Part shown: positions 8,988-18,561 of the stretch, piece by piece | Layout: each line of letters begins with the position of its first letter | How positions within the stretch are numbered: the stretch's first letter is position 1 | NCBI GenBank assembly: GCA_963666215.2 | Contig: CAXWPL010000004.1 | Span: 1 to 64,000 of the forward strand | DNA from: Acidobacteriota bacterium | GTDB taxonomy: Bacteria > Acidobacteriota > UBA890 > WLXD01 | Length of the DNA: 64,000 nucleotides | Direction: 5' to 3' | Translations under genes and position numbers: made by a program | The notes under the pieces: model-generated | Told to the model about the DNA's origin: nothing | The model's input: only the letters and a program-made list of their open reading frames with translations | Databases searched by the model: none

Positions 8988-10439
8988 TCAGTTCTTCGAT
9001 CTGAAGTCGGCAAACTGCTCTTCCGCCTTCGACCTCAAAGTGGAAATCGTAAGATCAAGAAACTTGACGACGGCATCTACGACTTGGACCGTCTGATCCC
9101 AGTCACCAAGTTCTCTTTTCCATCCATGATCTTGAAAGCGACAAATGACCATTTCAGTAGGCCTCTCGCCAGTTATTCTTCGTAGTCCGTCGCCGTGCTC
9201 ATGAAGGTACTCCGGTATGCCTTCGAATCCAAACGGTGCTGCCTTTAGGCGCAGTACCGCCTGTTGCATGGTCACATCCAGCGCAAAGTAGAGGATTGGT
9301 GACGGATCATATATATCGGCCCACTTGACGGGCTTACCCTTCGGAAGCACGTAGGTCCTACCTTCAGATTTGCGGTTCAAGGTTCGCCATTCCCGGTCTT
9401 TGAGAAGGGGCCACACCGAGTTATGAAGCTGTCGTCGGGCAACCCTTTCCGATCGCCGTTGCTTCTCCCATGCCAACTTCACTTCAGTCGCGATAGCACT
9501 CAGCTTGACCGGCATCGAGGCCTGATGGGACGGCGCAGATTCAAGTTCTTCAGGAGACAGCAAGCTCTCACGCAATCCCGGATCACGAGCGAGATCCCAC
9601 AGTCCAATATTCAGGTCATAACGGCTCAAGACGAAGGTTAGCGCAGCGTCCAGGTCAGCCGCGCTTCCTGGTGACCCGCTGTCAAGGAAATACGTAAGGC
9701 TGAAATCCGCATCCACCACCATTGGCCTGTGGTGGCCGAAATCCTTCATCGATGCGAAGAACTCTTCATCTGCTTTCTCCTGTCTCCTACTAACGTTAGA
9801 ATTCCTGTTTCGCGGCTTTCGTCCGTTCGAGAACCAGGATTGCACCCTGGCAATCGTGGCTTCCATCAGGGGCGTGTGGGCCAGCACGAACACCGTGTTC
9901 GGCCACTTTCTTAGAACATCACCAAATGGCGATAACCCTTCCTGGTCCCACGCCGTTGGGTGTGCACCAAAGAAGACCGTCGGAGGCCGAGAGGCTACCA
10001 AGTCCTCGTACCGGAAGGGGTGTTCTAGCACACGGTATCGCGCTGTCGTCTTGGATGCGTTTATTTTGACTTGACGGGGCACTACCTTACCGTAGCCGCC
10101 TATCTCTATCTGATACCGCAGATCCATCAACGACACGCACTTTTGGAGAGCGGCCCGTATCCGAATGCGTTTCGCGGAACCGTCAGCCTTCGGCTGCCAC
10201 AGCGTCTTGGGCGCCCAGGTAAGCGCCCAAGCTCCATCCGTTTGGTCTTCGTCGAGGATGACATCCACCAGCTTCCGCGCGGCCTCCCACCAAAGCTCAG
10301 AACCAGCCAGTGCTGACCGAAGGACGAAGTCCCACTTGTCATCTGCTAGGGGTTGCCTGGAGTCGATTCGCTCCCCTGAATCGAGGGTGATAGCGCCTCC
10401 AACGAGGACGACCGTTGGACCCTTGACTTGCTCAGACAT
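8988..10439 (-). CDS. Unknown 483-aa protein coupled to the HNH-helicase; stop codon supplied by the IS end
   Basis: Long ORF in a lower-GC block; ATG 10439 overlaps the upstream stop by 8 nt; its TGA is IS nt 8988-8990; no motif recognised. Confidence 0.8.
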   Translation of the reverse strand: MSEQVKGPTVVLVGGAITLDSGERIDSRQPLADDKWDFVLRSALAGSELWWEAARKLVDVILDEDQTDGAWALTWAPKTLWQPKADGSAKRIRIRAALQKCVSLMDLRYQIEIGGYGKVVPRQVKINASKTTARYRVLEHPFRYEDLVASRPPTVFFGAHPTAWDQEGLSPFGDVLRKWPNTVFVLAHTPLMEATIARVQSWFSNGRKPRNRNSNVSRRQEKADEEFFASMKDFGHHRPMVVDADFSLTYFLDSGSPGSAADLDAALTFVLSRYDLNIGLWDLARDPGLRESLLSPEELESAPSHQASMPVKLSAIATEVKLAWEKQRRSERVARRQLHNSVWPLLKDREWRTLNRKSEGRTYVLPKGKPVKWADIYDPSPILYFALDVTMQQAVLRLKAAPFGFEGIPEYLHEHGDGLRRITGERPTEMVICRFQDHGWKRELGDWDQTVQVVDAVVKFLDLTISTLRSKAEEQFADFRSKN

Positions 10440-12261
10440 CGCACTGTTCCAGTGCATGACGGAGCCTCTCATTCTCCGAAGCAGCAAGCGCCAGACTCAC
10501 GGGATCGGTTCCCGTCAGTCCCTGTCTCCTGATGTAGGCTCGCGCCAGCTCGACTAGTCGCTCATCCGCCCGACGTCCTTTGGAATCCGCCACAGCACCG
10601 CGCTGCCCCACAGAGCGAAGCGACTCGAACGCAACGCGTTCAACCGATTTACCATCATCGCTAATGCGAACGGGCCCTATTTCTCTTCCGTTACGTTCGA
10701 GCACCATCGGTGGAGGCAGAAGCTTGACCTCCGTCGTTATCATGCGCGCCATCGATGTTAGGCTCGGATCTGCCGGTAGGTACACTCTTCCGTGGTCATC
10801 AACATTGGCTGGATCGATACGCACCACACGACCGACAATTTGTCGAAAGCTCAGCGCGGTGAGCCTGTTTGTCAGGTAGACCACCACACGCAATCGGCGG
10901 ATGTCGATTCCTTCCGACACCATGTTCACCGCCACAATCCAGGGCTGGTGGCTCCTGCGAAACCTCTTGATCGCGTTCGCTGGTTCTGGATCGCCGGGGT
11001 CGTAGAGCCTCGAGCAAGCCACAACGGGACGTCGGCTCAACACTTCGGTTCCCATGAATTCGGCAACGCGATCGGCGTGGCTGCAATCCACACACACTAC
11101 GAGTCCGGCCGCATCCGCATCACCGCTTCGGCGTAGATTCAGGATGTGTTCATTCGCATCCGCCAGCAACAAATGGGCGATCGATCCTGTCTCAACGTGT
11201 TCGAGAGCGGTCCTGAGGCGGCGACGATCGCCAAGCGCGGTTAGCTCGTCATCAAAACTGACCTCATGGACAACTCCGTCCTCGGATCGAAACATCGTGC
11301 TTCCGCGCCCGAAGACGAATTGCACCGGTCGGCAGACGTTATCATCAAGGGCGCAATCATACCCGTAGCGATAGTGAGGGCTTGCTGACCCACCCTCACT
11401 TGGGACGAGGACGATCGCATCGCGATTGGTGCGAAACGGTGTACCAGTCAGGCCCAGAATCGCGGTCGCGACTCGTCCGAATGCCTCTTGTGCGCTGATC
11501 CCCCAGCCAGAGTCAGCCCCCGCATGATGAATCTCGTCGAAGATCACGAGCGTTCGGTGCCCTGGATCAGCAGCATGGGCCAAAAACATGTCGGGGGCGG
11601 CGAATAGGCTCTGATAAGTAGCGACTGCTCCTGCCCACCGTTCCAAGATTGGCTGTACCGGCCTCCACTTGCGTGGCCCAAGTAATGGCACAGTCGGTGA
11701 AGTCTCATTAGTTGAGGACGCCGCGTCCAGCCAGCCGTCTGCGATTCCCAGGCTCGGGACAAACACGAATACCCGGCTAATCGAATCGTCTTGAATCATC
11801 CTGTAGGCAACCTCAAGCCCAAAGTGAGTCTTCCCAGCGCCAGGACACGCCTCAACCAGTACTGGTTCTTTCAGGATTTTGGTAAAGACTTCACTAAGCG
11901 CCTCCTTCTGCCAACGCCGCAACTCACCGCATCCTGCGGCGATCTGGTTCGCTTTGAAGGATCGCTCGGTCACTTGCTGCGGCTGCGAGCCCTTTCTGAG
12001 GTTGCAGCTTCCGCACAGGGCTTGGCAGTTCTCCAGGGAGGTGGCTCCGCCATGGCTCCACGGTTTGACGTGGTCGCCGTGCATAAGGTCGAATGGAATC
12101 GCTCGCGCGCAGAGCACACATACTCGACCTTGGCGCTCCCATACCCGCCGCACATCGCTTCGGCGGAAAGTCCTGCGCTGGGCTTGATTCACTTTCGTAG
12201 ACAGGTTAGCTCCGTTGCGCCAACAGCGTGAACGGCGTGCGTCGCGGACGTAGGCGGTCAT
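10432..12261 (-). CDS. N-terminal HNH endonuclease fused to an SF2 (DEAD/DEAH, ResIII/Rv2917-like) helicase
   Basis: HNH: CVLC..DHVKPWSHGGATSLENCQALCGSCNLRKG. Helicase: LRRWQ, ACPGAGKT, DEIHH, LTGTPFR, MVSEGIDI, QIVGRVVR. Exact start uncertain. Confidence 0.92.
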   Translation of the reverse strand: MTAYVRDARRSRCWRNGANLSTKVNQAQRRTFRRSDVRRVWERQGRVCVLCARAIPFDLMHGDHVKPWSHGGATSLENCQALCGSCNLRKGSQPQQVTERSFKANQIAAGCGELRRWQKEALSEVFTKILKEPVLVEACPGAGKTHFGLEVAYRMIQDDSISRVFVFVPSLGIADGWLDAASSTNETSPTVPLLGPRKWRPVQPILERWAGAVATYQSLFAAPDMFLAHAADPGHRTLVIFDEIHHAGADSGWGISAQEAFGRVATAILGLTGTPFRTNRDAIVLVPSEGGSASPHYRYGYDCALDDNVCRPVQFVFGRGSTMFRSEDGVVHEVSFDDELTALGDRRRLRTALEHVETGSIAHLLLADANEHILNLRRSGDADAAGLVVCVDCSHADRVAEFMGTEVLSRRPVVACSRLYDPGDPEPANAIKRFRRSHQPWIVAVNMVSEGIDIRRLRVVVYLTNRLTALSFRQIVGRVVRIDPANVDDHGRVYLPADPSLTSMARMITTEVKLLPPPMVLERNGREIGPVRISDDGKSVERVAFESLRSVGQRGAVADSKGRRADERLVELARAYIRRQGLTGTDPVSLALAASENERLRHALEQCDV

Positions 12262-12263
12262 TT

Positions 12264-12425
12264 CTAGCCGCGCGAGGCAATCAAGCGTCGAGCTTCTGCC
12301 AGCGGAAGCGTCCGCCGTGTCTGACGTCTGACGCGAGTCACGGCGGGCTGGCCGCCGAAGGCTCGCACGCTCTTGACGCCGCGTGATGAGCTGCAGCGGC
12401 GGCAGGCTGTGACGAGATTAGGCGG
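12264..12425 (-). pseudogene. 3' relic of a stand-alone HNH endonuclease
   Basis: NLVTACRRCSSSRGVKSV matches the HNH C-terminal 'NLV.AC..CN..RG' pattern, with no N-terminal half. Confidence 0.6.
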
Positions 12426-13127
12426 CGATGTTGTTGTTGCGCGCACCGATCTCAGGCTTGAGCTTTCGAGGAATATCGAAGCCTTCGCGTTGCAGGCCGA
12501 CGCGATTGAGCAGGATCCGCGCAGTGCGGTGCGCTTCCTCGTCTAGGCGTTTCTTTGCTTCCTTCCACTGCTTCGCAGGGATCTTGCTGAACGGCTGTGC
12601 TGCGGGAACCACGGCCGGCCCGAGCGCATCGGAACGACTCTCCTCAACGACCTTCTGGGCAAGCCTGAGATCAAGGCCCAAGGCCTCAAGCTTCTTCTCG
12701 AGGTCGTGCTGGATATCGGCGTCGTCTTCCGCTGTTGCGAAGTCCTCCTCTAAGAGCCGATCGACGATCTCGCTCTGGACGACCATGTTCTCGTGGAGCT
12801 TCATGCGAGCACTGCCATCGAGAACATCCTTCGGCGGGTCGGGCTCCTTGCCGCCGGTCACCTCCTCCCAGAACTCCTGGTCGTCGTTCTCGAACTGCTT
12901 GAACCGTTTCATCGTGGCGCGCCGTTCGGCCGCAGGAGCTCGTCGAGATTCATCCCGACGTGGGTCACGATGTGGCCGTAGTTATCGGGGTGCGTCGGGT
13001 CGTTCTGGACCACGACGCGAAGGATACGCCCGACGAACTGGATGTAAGGTGCGAGCGAGTGGAAGGGACGGAAGATCGCGGCAACGCTCAGCTTCGGATG
13101 GTCGAAACCCTCCCCTAGCATCTGCAC
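12418..13127 (-). pseudogene. C-terminal relic of a second SF2 (ResIII-like) helicase, frameshifted near 12910-12932
   Basis: Motifs V/VI VQMLGEGFDHPKL...YIQFVGRILR; the 5' part is replaced by a parA-promoter copy; it continues in ORF 12418-12912. Confidence 0.75.
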
Positions 13128-13227
13128 GAGGCGGTCGCCCTTCATAGACTGAAATAATGGTATGCTGAATTGATGGTATGCTGAATTAATGATCTACGCT
13201 TTTCTGAGCCAGAAGGGCGGCGTGGGT
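13128..13227 (+). repeat. Variant copy of the parA upstream region plus its first 13 codons
   Basis: Matches 17864-17969 apart from indels; ATGATCTACGCTTTTCTGAGCCAGAAGGGCGGCGTGGGT is identical; contains ATGGTATGCTGAATT twice (13157, 13173). Confidence 0.93.
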
Positions 13228-13487
13228 CCATAGCACCGGCACCGGCTCCGACACATTGCGCGCAGCCCGCAAGCCGCGCCGTAGGGTTGCTTGTCGGCGG
13301 CGGCCTTCGCGGCCGCTGCTGCCCGCCGTATCCTGTGAGGTCGGCCCCTGCGAAGTTGCCACCTGTGAGGAGGTTGGAGTGGGCGGTTTTTTGGCCTAAG
13401 CCCCCGCTACCATTGAGCTTCTCTGGTTTTTCGCTTGGCCGCGTAAGCGCTACTAAGCGCTACTAACCGTGGGGGCAGGTCACACGC

Positions 13488-13676
13488 GTGAACCGCAACC
13501 ACAAGGGCGCGAAGGATGCGGCCGAGTGGCAGCCAGAGGCGAATCAGTGCTGGTTCGCGCAGACCGTTGTGGCCGTGCGCCGGGCCTACCAACTGACGAT
13601 CGACCGGCATGAGGCCGACGCGCTCGATAGCATACTTGGCGGGTGTTCGTCGACGGAGATGATGACTTTCAGGTGA
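13488..13676 (+). pseudogene. C-terminal relic of a DUF1524-like (His-Me finger) nuclease
   Basis: VNRNHKGAKDAAEWQP..NQCWFA..VVAVRRAYQLTID..EADALDSIL..C matches the family C-terminus. Confidence 0.65.
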
Positions 13677-13694
13677 AGGCGAGGGGAGACAGCT

Positions 13695-13907
13695 ATGGAC
13701 AGCCGTGTTTATTGGATCGGCGTCGCGGTGCTTGTTGGCGTGGGGCTCATCGTGCCCATACAGGCCGAGGAAGGGTCGCTGGATGTTGCGACGGTGCATC
13801 GCGCGAGCAACGCCTGTGCCGTGCTCAGCGCCTTTGAATCTGCTGCGGCCACGCCGCAGACGCCAGAGGAGCCGCCGACGGGGATGGTCAGGTCTGCGAG
13901 TGAGTAG
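13695..13907 (+). CDS. Small hypothetical exported/membrane peptide
   Basis: GGGGAG RBS and a hydrophobic N-terminus (WIGVAVLVGVGLIVPIQA). Confidence 0.4.
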   Translation: MDSRVYWIGVAVLVGVGLIVPIQAEEGSLDVATVHRASNACAVLSAFESAAATPQTPEEPPTGMVRSASE

Positions 13908-13911
13908 ACGC

Positions 13912-14298
13912 ATGAGTCGCCACGTACGCGCCACCGTCGCGGTTGCCGTCCTCAGTCTCGCGGTGCTTGGTCCACCGGTCCAGGCGCAGGACAAACCGTC
14001 CGCACAAGAACTCGCGGACCTGCGCGCCAGAGCCGAGGCGGGCGATGCCACGGCGCAGTTGGACCTCGGGCTGATGTACGGCACCGGCCGTGGCGTGCCA
14101 GAAGACCTGGCCGCGGCCCGCCGTGATGGACTGGGCGAGCCGCACGGTGCTGTCCTGGCGGCTGTCCAACATGCCAGCGGCTACACACAGGACCGGTTTG
14201 AAGCCTGCGTGGTCGAGCATTTTGTCATCGCTGAGACCAAACGTCTGCAGTCGGGCACGCGGACGATGTATTACGTTCGCCCCAAACATGCGAGCTGA
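13912..14298 (+). pseudogene. Chimeric ORF: signal peptide plus one Sel1 repeat, joined to an unrelated C-terminus (possibly the end of a SAM methyltransferase)
   Basis: AEAGDATAQLDLGLMYGTGRGVPED is Sel1; the repeat breaks off and the ORF ends YTQDRFE...F.I....LQSGTRTMYYVRPK. Confidence 0.6.
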
Positions 14299-14356
14299 GC
14301 GCGTGAGATCGGCCTGGCGCGAGGGGAGGGTGTCGCGTGATAGCGTGCGCGCGCTG

Positions 14357-17125
14357 ATGGGAAACATCACCCGGCGACGGCTCGTCTGCTGGTATCTGTG
14401 TGTCGTGGCGACGCTCACAGTCCTCAGCGGGGTTCTGCACGGGTTGATCGCGCCACCCATGGGTCTCGTTCGCACCTTCTACGCCACCAGTGGTTTTTCC
14501 GGTGAGCCCCTGTCTCAGGATCGCACCACTGAGATCAGCCTCGCGTTCCTGGATCAGGATCCTACGCTGCCTCGGCACTTCATCAGTGTGGAGTGGCGCG
14601 GTTTCTGGTTCCTGCCGCAGGCGCAGACCGTTGATGTGTACGCCGGGGCGGACGACCGCGTCGACGTGTTGGTGGATGGCCAGCTCGTCCTCCAGCGCAG
14701 CCCTCGCCTGGGCATGCACACGATTGGTGAGACGATCACACTGAGCGCAGGCTCGCACACGGTCACCGTTCGCTATCAGCAAGACGGGGGCGGCATGCAC
14801 CTCAACGTACAACGCGCTTTCGCGGGCGCTCGCCCAGCGCCCTTCACGCCCACCCGGCTGTTTCCGAAGGTCCCGAATGTCCAGGACATCCGGCTCGGCA
14901 CCGGCACGTACTGGCTGCTGCGGGTCGTGGTTCTACTCTGGCTTCTCCCCATAGCAGGTTTACTGGTGGTGATCGGGGGGTGGACGGGGCATCGTGTCGC
15001 GAACCTCGGGCGCAAAATCCAGAGTGTGTTCGTTCGGGTGACGAGACTGACAGTGGCTCAGACTCTCCATGTTTTCGCGCTCACCGCTCTCGCCGTGGCC
15101 CATCCGCTCTTCGACGTCGTATCTCGCGAACCTGTGTTCCTGGTCGCACGCAACACGACGACGACCCACTTGGTCGTCTTGGTTGCCCTCGTCTGCTTCG
15201 CACTGCCAGCCGTGATCGTCTCGGGTGAGGTCGCTCTTGCGAGAGTGAGCGCCCGTGCGGCTCGCGTTGCGCACGGGATGATACTCACCACGCTCGGCGG
15301 CGCGCTGCTTATGCCACTCATGAAACGGGCCGACGTACTGGCGAGTGCGCCCGCGACCGCGGCGGCCTTACTCGTCGCCGGAACCGGTGTCATCGCATAT
15401 CACCGATCGGGTGGCGTCCGAAGCTTCATGACGGCGTTAAGCCCAGCCATCGTTGTCGTGCCCGCGGCGTTTCTTCTGAACCCCGTGGTATGGGAAGCAG
15501 CGGTCCGCACGGATGATCTGTTCTCCTCGGTGCACCCCGCGGACGCGCCGCCGATCGTCATTGTTGTCTTCGACGAATTTCCAGTCAGCTCCTTGTTGGA
15601 CGGCAATCGGGAAATCGATCGGGTGCGCTACCCGAACTTCGCGCGTCTCGCCACGACCGCCACGTGGTATCGCAACGCCAGCACCGTGTCCTCTCAGACC
15701 GTGTATGCGGTTCCCGCTATCGTCACCGGCCAGTATCCGGTTCAGCAGAATGCCGTGCCGACGCGGCGCTACTACCCGAATAACCTGTTCACTATGCTCA
15801 GGGAGAGCTATCGGATGATCACATTCGGCCGATTCCTCCAGCTCTGCCCCACGGACAGCTGCGGCTACGATCTCGAGGTGCACGATAGCTTGAGTGCCCT
15901 GGTTGCTGACCTCGGCATTGTCTACTTGCACCTCATCTCGCCCGACTCGATTGCGGCCCAATTGCCTCCGATTCTCGGGGACTGGAAGGACTTCGCGAGG
16001 CGGCGTCAGTTCCGAATTGAGGACGGTGAGCGACGCCGGAACGACCGGACGTCCGAATTTGATCGATTTCTCGAGACGATCACCCCTGATCGTGAGGGCC
16101 GGCTGTATTTTCTCCACACGCTGATGCCCCACATGCCGTTTGAGTATGTACCCTCTGGCCACCGGTACCGAGCTCCAGACTACCAAGGGCACGAAGAGGA
16201 TGGAGAGCGGCTGTTTCTTAAGAGCGATCCGTGGCTCCCACGTGTTCTGCAGCAGCGCCATCTGCTCCAGGTCGGCTTCGTGGATCGGTTCATCGGAGAC
16301 CTTGTGGACCGTCTCAGGGCGCAAGGTATCTACGACGAAACGCTCATCATTATCACCGCCGATCACGGCACCAGCTTTCACCATGGGAGGCCTCGTCGCA
16401 CGTTCACGGAGGGCACGCGCGCGGACGTGATGATGGTCCCGCTCATCGTCAAGTTCCCTGGGCAAGCTGCAGGCCTTGTCAGTGACCAGAACGTCGAAAC
16501 CGTCGACATCGTGCCGACGATCGCGAGTGTCTTATCCACGACGGTCCCTTACGATGTCGACGGCCGCTCACTCTTGGACGTGACCCAGCCGGACAGAACG
16601 CACAAAACATTCATTCAACGCAGCGCCACGCGGGTGAGTCTGGAGGAGCACGGCCCGTCCCTGGATGATCGGTATGTCGGCCTCGAGCAGAAGCTGCTGG
16701 ACTTTGAGTCAGGCTTGTACGCTCTTGGGCCGCACGCGTCCCTCGTCGGACTCGAGCTCTCGACACTTGAGGCGCCGGTAAGTAACGACATATCCATTCG
16801 TCTCGACGACCCTTCCCAATTTCTCACTGTCGATCTCGAGAGCCACACACTGCCGCTGTTTGTCAGGGGAGCCCTCCCAAACGGTATCGAGGAACGTGTC
16901 AGCGTGGCGATCGCGGTGAATGGTGTTGTCGTCGCGACGACACAGTCCTACCTGGAGCACGACGAGTGGGTGGTTGCCAGCATGATCCCGGAAGGGGCGC
17001 TCACGCCGGGCGCGAACGACGTGCAGGTTCTCATCATCGCCGGCGGGGCGGAGGAGCCCGTGATGAGGTTGAGCATGTTCGGCGGAGGCTGGGCGTTTCC
17101 GAGCGACGAGCGTGCCGGGTGCTGA
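14357..17125 (+). CDS. Membrane protein: PA14-like domain, several TM helices and a sulfatase-like/alkaline phosphatase superfamily domain; last ~19 codons come from an IS relic
   Basis: PA14-like FISVEWRG...GADDRVDVLVDG...VRYQQDGGG; VFDEF, SSQTVYAVPAIVTG, HTLMPHMPF, TADHG. Confidence 0.85.
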   Translation: MGNITRRRLVCWYLCVVATLTVLSGVLHGLIAPPMGLVRTFYATSGFSGEPLSQDRTTEISLAFLDQDPTLPRHFISVEWRGFWFLPQAQTVDVYAGADDRVDVLVDGQLVLQRSPRLGMHTIGETITLSAGSHTVTVRYQQDGGGMHLNVQRAFAGARPAPFTPTRLFPKVPNVQDIRLGTGTYWLLRVVVLLWLLPIAGLLVVIGGWTGHRVANLGRKIQSVFVRVTRLTVAQTLHVFALTALAVAHPLFDVVSREPVFLVARNTTTTHLVVLVALVCFALPAVIVSGEVALARVSARAARVAHGMILTTLGGALLMPLMKRADVLASAPATAAALLVAGTGVIAYHRSGGVRSFMTALSPAIVVVPAAFLLNPVVWEAAVRTDDLFSSVHPADAPPIVIVVFDEFPVSSLLDGNREIDRVRYPNFARLATTATWYRNASTVSSQTVYAVPAIVTGQYPVQQNAVPTRRYYPNNLFTMLRESYRMITFGRFLQLCPTDSCGYDLEVHDSLSALVADLGIVYLHLISPDSIAAQLPPILGDWKDFARRRQFRIEDGERRRNDRTSEFDRFLETITPDREGRLYFLHTLMPHMPFEYVPSGHRYRAPDYQGHEEDGERLFLKSDPWLPRVLQQRHLLQVGFVDRFIGDLVDRLRAQGIYDETLIIITADHGTSFHHGRPRRTFTEGTRADVMMVPLIVKFPGQAAGLVSDQNVETVDIVPTIASVLSTTVPYDVDGRSLLDVTQPDRTHKTFIQRSATRVSLEEHGPSLDDRYVGLEQKLLDFESGLYALGPHASLVGLELSTLEAPVSNDISIRLDDPSQFLTVDLESHTLPLFVRGALPNGIEERVSVAIAVNGVVVATTQSYLEHDEWVVASMIPEGALTPGANDVQVLIIAGGAEEPVMRLSMFGGGWAFPSDERAGC

Positions 17126-17406
17126 AACAGTCGCGCACGACGCAGCGGTACGTGCCACGGCAACCGGACGACGAGCAGGTGCTGACGGAGAGGATCGTGA
17201 ACCTAGCCCGAGAGTATGGCCGCTACGGGTATCGGCGAGTGACGGCGCTACTGCGCATGGAGGGCTGGCTCGTGAACCACAAGCGGGTGCAACGGATCTG
17301 GCGGCGCGAGGGGCTGAAAGTACCGAAGAAACAGCCCAAGCGAGCACGGCTGTGGCTCAACGATGGCTCCTGCATCCGACTGCGCCCCGAGAACAAGGAT
17401 CATGTC
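17068..17406 (+). pseudogene. Internal fragment of a second IS3-family OrfB
   Basis: VSERRACRVL...YGRYGYRRVTALLRMEGWLVNHKRVQRIWRREGL...DHV; no IRs, no orfA and no DDE core. Confidence 0.9.
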
Positions 17407-17580
17407 GGTCCCATGCTGCGGCGTGCGCCGCGCCATGCGGAGAGCACTGCAGAATGTTCGAACGGCGGTCAAGCTCCGCATCTGCTCGCTCCAAATTCGT
17501 GTACAACTGGCCGCTGAGCTTGGCTCGCGCGGCCTGCACATCGCTTGCTGAATCGGCCCATTTTTCATTCTTTCCCCTTC

Positions 17581-17844
17581 TCAGTTGACTCGTTGCCCTT
17601 CATCGGCAATAGCGTTCTCGCGTCGCGCCGCGTCTCTGATTTCCCTCATGCGGCCTAGCTGATCGTCGGACAGATCGCTCAAATCCTCGAAGCGCTCCGA
17701 GACATCCTCCACGCGCTGCACCGGCGGGAAGATCAGGGCCAGCGCTCGGGCAGCCCGGAGGAAGTCAGGACCATCACCTCGCTTCAGCAAATCGAGCGCC
17801 CGCGTGGTGAGCGCCAGTTTGCACGCCGTCAAATTTGACACCAT
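17581..17844 (-). CDS. Hypothetical 87-aa protein (possibly a phage-type relic)
   Basis: ORF divergent from parA; tail EDLSDLSDDQL. Confidence 0.4.
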   Translation of the reverse strand: MVSNLTACKLALTTRALDLLKRGDGPDFLRAARALALIFPPVQRVEDVSERFEDLSDLSDDQLGRMREIRDAARRENAIADEGQRVN

Positions 17845-17930
17845 GCCGGCACGTCGCAGTTTCGAGACGGTCGCCCTTCATAGCTAGAATTTGTATCGCA
17901 TAAAAACTGAAATAATGGTATGATGAATTC

Positions 17931-18561
17931 ATGATCTACGCTTTTCTGAGCCAGAAGGGCGGCGTGGGTAAGACCACCCTGTCAGTTCACCTTGCCGATG
18001 CTCTGGCGCGGCGTGGATCTCGCGTGCTGCTCGTCGACGCGGACCCCCAGCAAAGCGCGGTGAAATGGTCCACCTTTCGGGCAGGGGAGAACAAGTTCAG
18101 CGTCATCGCCATGGCCAAGCCGACCCTGCACAAGGAACTGGCCCCGATCTATGCCGACTACACCGACATCGTCATCGACGGGCCGCCCCGCGTCCACGAG
18201 CTGGCGAAGTCCATCATCCTGGCCGCCGACCTGGTTCTCATCCCCGTGCAGCCCTCGCCGCCAGACGTGTGGGCGACCGCCGAGACCGTGGACCTTGTCA
18301 CCGAGGCGCGCGCCTTCAAGGAAGGCCTTAAAATCTGCAATTACGATTAATCGGAAAATCGTAAACACTGTCATTGGACGCGATGTGCGCGAAGCTCTAG
18401 TGACGCTGAACACGCCCATTCTGCAAGCCGACATTTCGCAGCGCGTCGCGTTTGCCGAGGCGTTTGCCGACGGCAAAACCGTCTCCGACCTCGACCCGCA
18501 TAGCCATGCCGCGCAAGAGGTCGAGGCCTTCGTAACCGAACTTGTGAGGAAGGAACTATGA
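17931..18561 (+). CDS. parA: ParA/ParF-type partition ATPase, 1-nt frameshift at the A4 run 18330-18333
   Basis: [26 protein letters not shown]; the C-terminus ([12 protein letters not shown]) is in the shifted frame. Confidence 0.92.

Larger units (their letters stand above)
7770..8990 (-). mobile_element. Complete IS3-family element (IS407-like), 1221 bp, no target-site duplication
   Basis: TG...CA ends with imperfect IRs TGACCCCACCCCGGAATCAGTACCAG / TGACCCAAACCCCGAAAACGGGGCCAG; orfA plus orfB; flanks AAGCG and GTTCT differ. Confidence 0.95.

Noticed and set aside
13444-13466. TAAGCGCTAC tandem as an oriT or iteron
   Set aside because: Only 2.3 copies, no relaxase nearby, and no convincing nic-site match.
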